From positions 1 through 31,373 of the forward strand of contig JAQUMZ010000001.1 in assembly GCA_028717865.1 (NCBI GenBank): DNA of 31,373 bases, in the 5' to 3' direction. A model generated the notes under the pieces. It was not told the origin of the DNA and did no database searches. It saw only the letters and a list, made by a program, of their open reading frames with translations. The stretch is from Elusimicrobiota bacterium. Its GTDB lineage: Bacteria > Elusimicrobiota > Elusimicrobia > UBA1565 > UBA9628. Of the stretch, positions 27,927-31,373 are shown one piece after another. Made by a program: the position numbers and the translations under genes. How positions within the stretch are numbered: the first letter of the stretch is position 1; each line of letters starts with the position of its first letter.

Positions 27927-30122
27927 GTGGACGGCCTTCCCGGCGTAAATCTGGCGAACCTCAACCCCCAGCAGAAGGAGGGCGTTCTGCACCCCGGCGG
28001 CCCCCTCCTGGTCCTGGCCGGGGCGGGGACGGGCAAGACGCGGGTCATCACCTACCGCATCGCCAACCTCATCGCCCGGGGCGTGGCGCCGGACCGCATC
28101 CTGGCCGTCACCTTCACCAACAAGGCGGCGGGCGAGATGCGCCGCCGAATCGAGGAGCTGTCTCCCGGGCGGGGCGCCCTGGTCTGGATACACACCTTTC
28201 ACGCTTTCGCGGCCCGCCTGTTGCGGCGGCATCACGCGCGGCTCAAGCTGCCGCAGCATTTCACCATCTACGACCAGTCCGACCAGAAGCGGACCGTCGT
28301 CGCGGCCATGAAGACCCTGGGTTTGGAGGACCAGAACAACAAGGCGGCCATGTACGTCAGCATCATTTCCCGGGCCAAGGACGACCTGCTCGACGCCCAG
28401 TCCTATTCCATACACGCCATGACCGCGGGAGGTCCCGCGCGCAAGACCGCGGCCGACATCTACCTCGCCTACCAGCGCCAGCTCGACGCCGCGGGGGTGC
28501 TCGACTTCGGCGACCTGCTGCTGCGCACCTGCGTCCTGCTGCGCGAGCACGAGGACGTGCGCGCCCAGTACCAGGAGCAGTTCCAGCACATGCTCGTAGA
28601 CGAGTACCAGGATACCAACCACGCCCAATACGTCCTGACCCGCACCTTGGCGGCCAAGCACCGCAACGTCTGCGTGGTGGGCGACGACGACCAGAGCGTC
28701 TATTCCTGGCGCGGGGCCAACATCCGCAACATCCTGGAATTCGAGACGGATTTTCCCGACGCCAAGGTGGTGACCCTGGAGCAGAACTACCGTTCGACCT
28801 TGAGCATCATCGAGGCCGCGGGCAAGGTCATACGGAACAACAAGTCGCGCAAGCCCAAGACCCTTTGGACCGACAAGCCCGCGGGCGAGGCGATCGTCGT
28901 GCGGGAGCTGCCCAGCGAGATGGAGGAGGCCGCCTGGGTGGCGCGGCGCGTGAGCGCCCTGCTCGAACAAGGGCGCTCCCTGCGCGACATGGCCGTCTTT
29001 TACCGCACCAACGCCCAGAGCCGCTCCTTCGAGGAGGCCTTGCGCCGGGCCGGCCTGCCTTACGTCATAGTCGGCGCCGTGCGCTTCTACGAGCGCAAGG
29101 AGATCAAGGATGCCCTGGCCTACGGTCGCCTGGTCCTGAACCATCTCGACGCCGCCGGCCTGCGGCGCGTGATCAACGTTCCCCCGCGCGGCCTGGGCAA
29201 GACCAGCCTGGAGCGCATCGAGAGCTTCGCCGAGGCCCGGGGCCTCCCGCTATGGGAAGCCTTCCGCCGCGCCGCCGAGGTCCCCCAGCTGACGGCCGCG
29301 GCGCGCGGCCGGATCGCGGAACTGGTCGGCGTCGTGGAAAAGCTCGGGGAGCAGACCGCCGGCGCGCCCGCCTCGCGGGCGCTGGCGGCGATACTCGAGG
29401 CTACCGGCTACTGGGGCTGGCTCGAGAGCCAGGTGGACAGCGACCCGGAGGCCGCCGGCCGGCTGGGCAATCTCCAGGAGCTGCTCAACGCCGCCAAGGA
29501 GCACGAGGAGAAGCAGGCCGCCTCGGGAGCGGCGCCGCCGGATCTGTCGCAGTACCTGGAATCCGTCTCCCTGCAAAGCGATATCGACGCCTACGATCCG
29601 AATACGCCGGCCGTCACGCTCATGACCGTGCACCTGGCCAAGGGGCTGGAATATCCCGCGGTCTTCCTGACCGGCCTGGAGGAGGGCCTCTTTCCGATAG
29701 GTTCCGCAGGCGCGGCTCCCGAGGAGCTCGAGGAGGAGCGCCGGCTCTGCTACGTGGGCTTTACCCGGGCCCGGGAACTGCTGCACCTGACTTACGCCTC
29801 CACGCGGCGCATCTTTGGGCAGGTCTACGCCAATCTGCCCTCGCGCTTCATCATCGAGGCCCAGCTGCTCTTCCAGGGCGTGCCGGCGCGCCCCGCCGGG
29901 CCGGCCGCCGCCGCGGGTCCGCGCCCGGTTTGCGCGCCGCCGCGCCGGCTTTCCGCCGGCGGCGGCGTCGCGCCGGGGCTTCAGGTACGGCACCCCGACT
30001 TCGGCCGGGGCCGGGTCGTCGAGACGGCCGGCTCCGGGGACACACTCAAAGTCACGGTCCGCTTCGACGACGGGCGCACGACCAAGTTCCTGGCGCGCTA
30101 CGCCCCCTTGGAGCGCGCTTGA
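27927..30122 (+). CDS. pcrA: UvrD/PcrA SF1 DNA helicase
   Basis: LNPQQ, LAGAGTGKT, VDEYQDTN, VGDDDQSVYSWRGA, LEQNYRS, MTVHLAKGLEY, EERRLCYVG and C-terminal Tudor-like domain. Start reset to GTG 27927. Confidence 0.96.
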   Translation: MDGLPGVNLANLNPQQKEGVLHPGGPLLVLAGAGTGKTRVITYRIANLIARGVAPDRILAVTFTNKAAGEMRRRIEELSPGRGALVWIHTFHAFAARLLRRHHARLKLPQHFTIYDQSDQKRTVVAAMKTLGLEDQNNKAAMYVSIISRAKDDLLDAQSYSIHAMTAGGPARKTAADIYLAYQRQLDAAGVLDFGDLLLRTCVLLREHEDVRAQYQEQFQHMLVDEYQDTNHAQYVLTRTLAAKHRNVCVVGDDDQSVYSWRGANIRNILEFETDFPDAKVVTLEQNYRSTLSIIEAAGKVIRNNKSRKPKTLWTDKPAGEAIVVRELPSEMEEAAWVARRVSALLEQGRSLRDMAVFYRTNAQSRSFEEALRRAGLPYVIVGAVRFYERKEIKDALAYGRLVLNHLDAAGLRRVINVPPRGLGKTSLERIESFAEARGLPLWEAFRRAAEVPQLTAAARGRIAELVGVVEKLGEQTAGAPASRALAAILEATGYWGWLESQVDSDPEAAGRLGNLQELLNAAKEHEEKQAASGAAPPDLSQYLESVSLQSDIDAYDPNTPAVTLMTVHLAKGLEYPAVFLTGLEEGLFPIGSAGAAPEELEEERRLCYVGFTRARELLHLTYASTRRIFGQVYANLPSRFIIEAQLLFQGVPARPAGPAAAAGPRPVCAPPRRLSAGGGVAPGLQVRHPDFGRGRVVETAGSGDTLKVTVRFDDGRTTKFLARYAPLERA

Positions 30123-30409
30123 ACGCGGATTTTACGGCCGTCGCGGCGCGTCGCGTCGCCAAGCTGGCCCGCCTGCGCTTGTCGGACGAGGAGGCGGCCC
30201 GGTTCGAGACGGAGTTTCCCCGGATACTGGAGTTGGTCGCGGGACTCGGCGGTCCGGAGGGGGCGGCGGCCGAGGCGGCGCCGGCGGCCGAGGCGGCGCG
30301 GCCGCTGCGCGAGGACGAGCCCGCGCCGTTCCTGGAGCCGGAGCGCCTGTTGGCTCTGGCTCCCGAGCGGGACGGAGATTTCTACAAGGTCATGAAGGTG
30401 CTCGAATGA
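30119..30409 (+). CDS. gatC: Asp/Glu-tRNA amidotransferase subunit C
   Basis: Tail of track ORF 28865..30409: VAKLARLRLSDEE...ILE...PLREDEP...LLALAPERDGDFYKVMKVLE. TTG start with TTGA overlap of the pcrA stop; 96 aa. Confidence 0.85.
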   Translation: MNADFTAVAARRVAKLARLRLSDEEAARFETEFPRILELVAGLGGPEGAAAEAAPAAEAARPLREDEPAPFLEPERLLALAPERDGDFYKVMKVLE

Positions 30410-31373
30410 GACGGCGCTGGCTCGCGGCGGCCGCGCTTGGCGTGCTGGCGGCGGCGCCCGCCGCGGCCGCTCCGGGGCGCCCGAGCCGCGAGGCGCAGCG
30501 CCGCCTCCAGGAGGCCTGCCGCTCGTATCGCCGGGCCGACTTCGACAACGCGCTCAAGCGCTTCAATCAGGCCCTGGCGCTTTTCCCGGGCTGGAAGACG
30601 GCCACGGGCTACCGGGCCATGTGCCGCTGGACCATGGGCGACAAGGCGGGCGCCGAGGCGGACGCGGGTATCGCCGCGCCCTTGCGGCCCGACGGCGCCG
30701 AATCTTACGTAGCCCGCGGCTTGGCCCGGTTCGTGCTCAATGATTTCAAGGCGGCGGGCGATGATTTCCGGGCCGCGATCGAGCGGGAGCCCGAGAACGC
30801 CGCGGCCCATTTCGGCCTGGGCAGCGCGCTCAGCGCGCGCAACGAGGCGGCCGAGGCGGCGGCGAGCCTGGACCAGGCCGTGCGCATCGATCCGCAGTTC
30901 GCGGCCGCGCTGCTCGTGCGCGGGGCGGCGCGGGAAAAACTGCGCGACCACGCCCGGGCGGCCAAGGATTTCGGGCAGGTGCTCGCGCTCGCCCCGGAAT
31001 TTTTCTGGGCGCATTATTACCGGGGCAAGGCCCTGCGCGACCTGAGGGATTATCGCGGGGCTCTCGCCGATTTTAACGAATTTTTGTCCGAACGCCCGGA
31101 CTTCGTCGAGGCCCTCTATCTGCGCAGCAACGTCCGCTTCCTGCTGGGGGATTACGGCGGGGCCGAGGCGGACCTGACGCGCGTCATCGAGCTGGAGCCC
31201 AAGCGGGGGCTGGCCTATTCCAACCGCGGGCAGGCCCGCGCCCAGTTGGGCGACAAGGACGGGGCGCTCTCGGACTTGCGCCGGGCCTTGGCGCTGGAGC
31301 CCGCGCGGCGGGACAAGATACAGGCGGCCATGGACCCGCCGGCGGAAGACCGCGGCCGTTCCCGGCTTGGCCC
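30406..31373 (+). CDS. Secreted tetratricopeptide-repeat protein; runs off the right edge
   Basis: Not in track. ATGA overlap with gatC stop; MRRRWLAAAALGVLAAAPAAA then serial TPRs (AHFGLG..L, AHYYRGKA, AYSNRGQARAQLGD...A..DL..AL.LEP). Confidence 0.92.
   Translation, partial: MRRRWLAAAALGVLAAAPAAAAPGRPSREAQRRLQEACRSYRRADFDNALKRFNQALALFPGWKTATGYRAMCRWTMGDKAGAEADAGIAAPLRPDGAESYVARGLARFVLNDFKAAGDDFRAAIEREPENAAAHFGLGSALSARNEAAEAAASLDQAVRIDPQFAAALLVRGAAREKLRDHARAAKDFGQVLALAPEFFWAHYYRGKALRDLRDYRGALADFNEFLSERPDFVEALYLRSNVRFLLGDYGGAEADLTRVIELEPKRGLAYSNRGQARAQLGDKDGALSDLRRALALEPARRDKIQAAMDPPAEDRGRSRLG

Noticed and set aside
22556-31373. Integrated element or prophage at the tRNA-Arg
   Set aside because: No integrase, and no duplicate of the tRNA 3' end (attR) noticed in the window; downstream genes are largely housekeeping.

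Overview
GC-rich bacterial chromosomal window, mostly housekeeping and cell-envelope genes. Gene style (long Pro/Ala-rich signal-peptide proteins, LptFG present) tentatively suggests a diderm such as Elusimicrobiota; this is inference only. Order: partial nifJ/por (-), a 58-aa sORF missed by the ORF track, dtd/thpR, Rrf2, PrcB-like protein, metK, an NDP-sugar synthase / phosphohexomutase / NDP-sugar synthase block, two GT-C glycosyltransferases (one with an LmeA/DUF2993-like tail), a SAM methyltransferase, HtrA, lptFG, a 2x80-bp double-hairpin repeat, TraF-like barrel, ychF, rlmD, a 721-aa signal peptide + PD-(D/E)XK nuclease-like + LOG fusion, tRNA-Arg(GCG), a secreted orphan, an alpha/beta hydrolase, a doubly frameshifted GH26, pepF, pcrA, gatC and a partial TPR gene. 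No CRISPR array, integrase or transposase is seen. Best leads: the nuclease-LOG fusion, the GT-C-LmeA-like glycan locus, the covarying hairpin repeat, and pervasive leaderless-type promoters. All family assignments come from motif recognition, not database searches.
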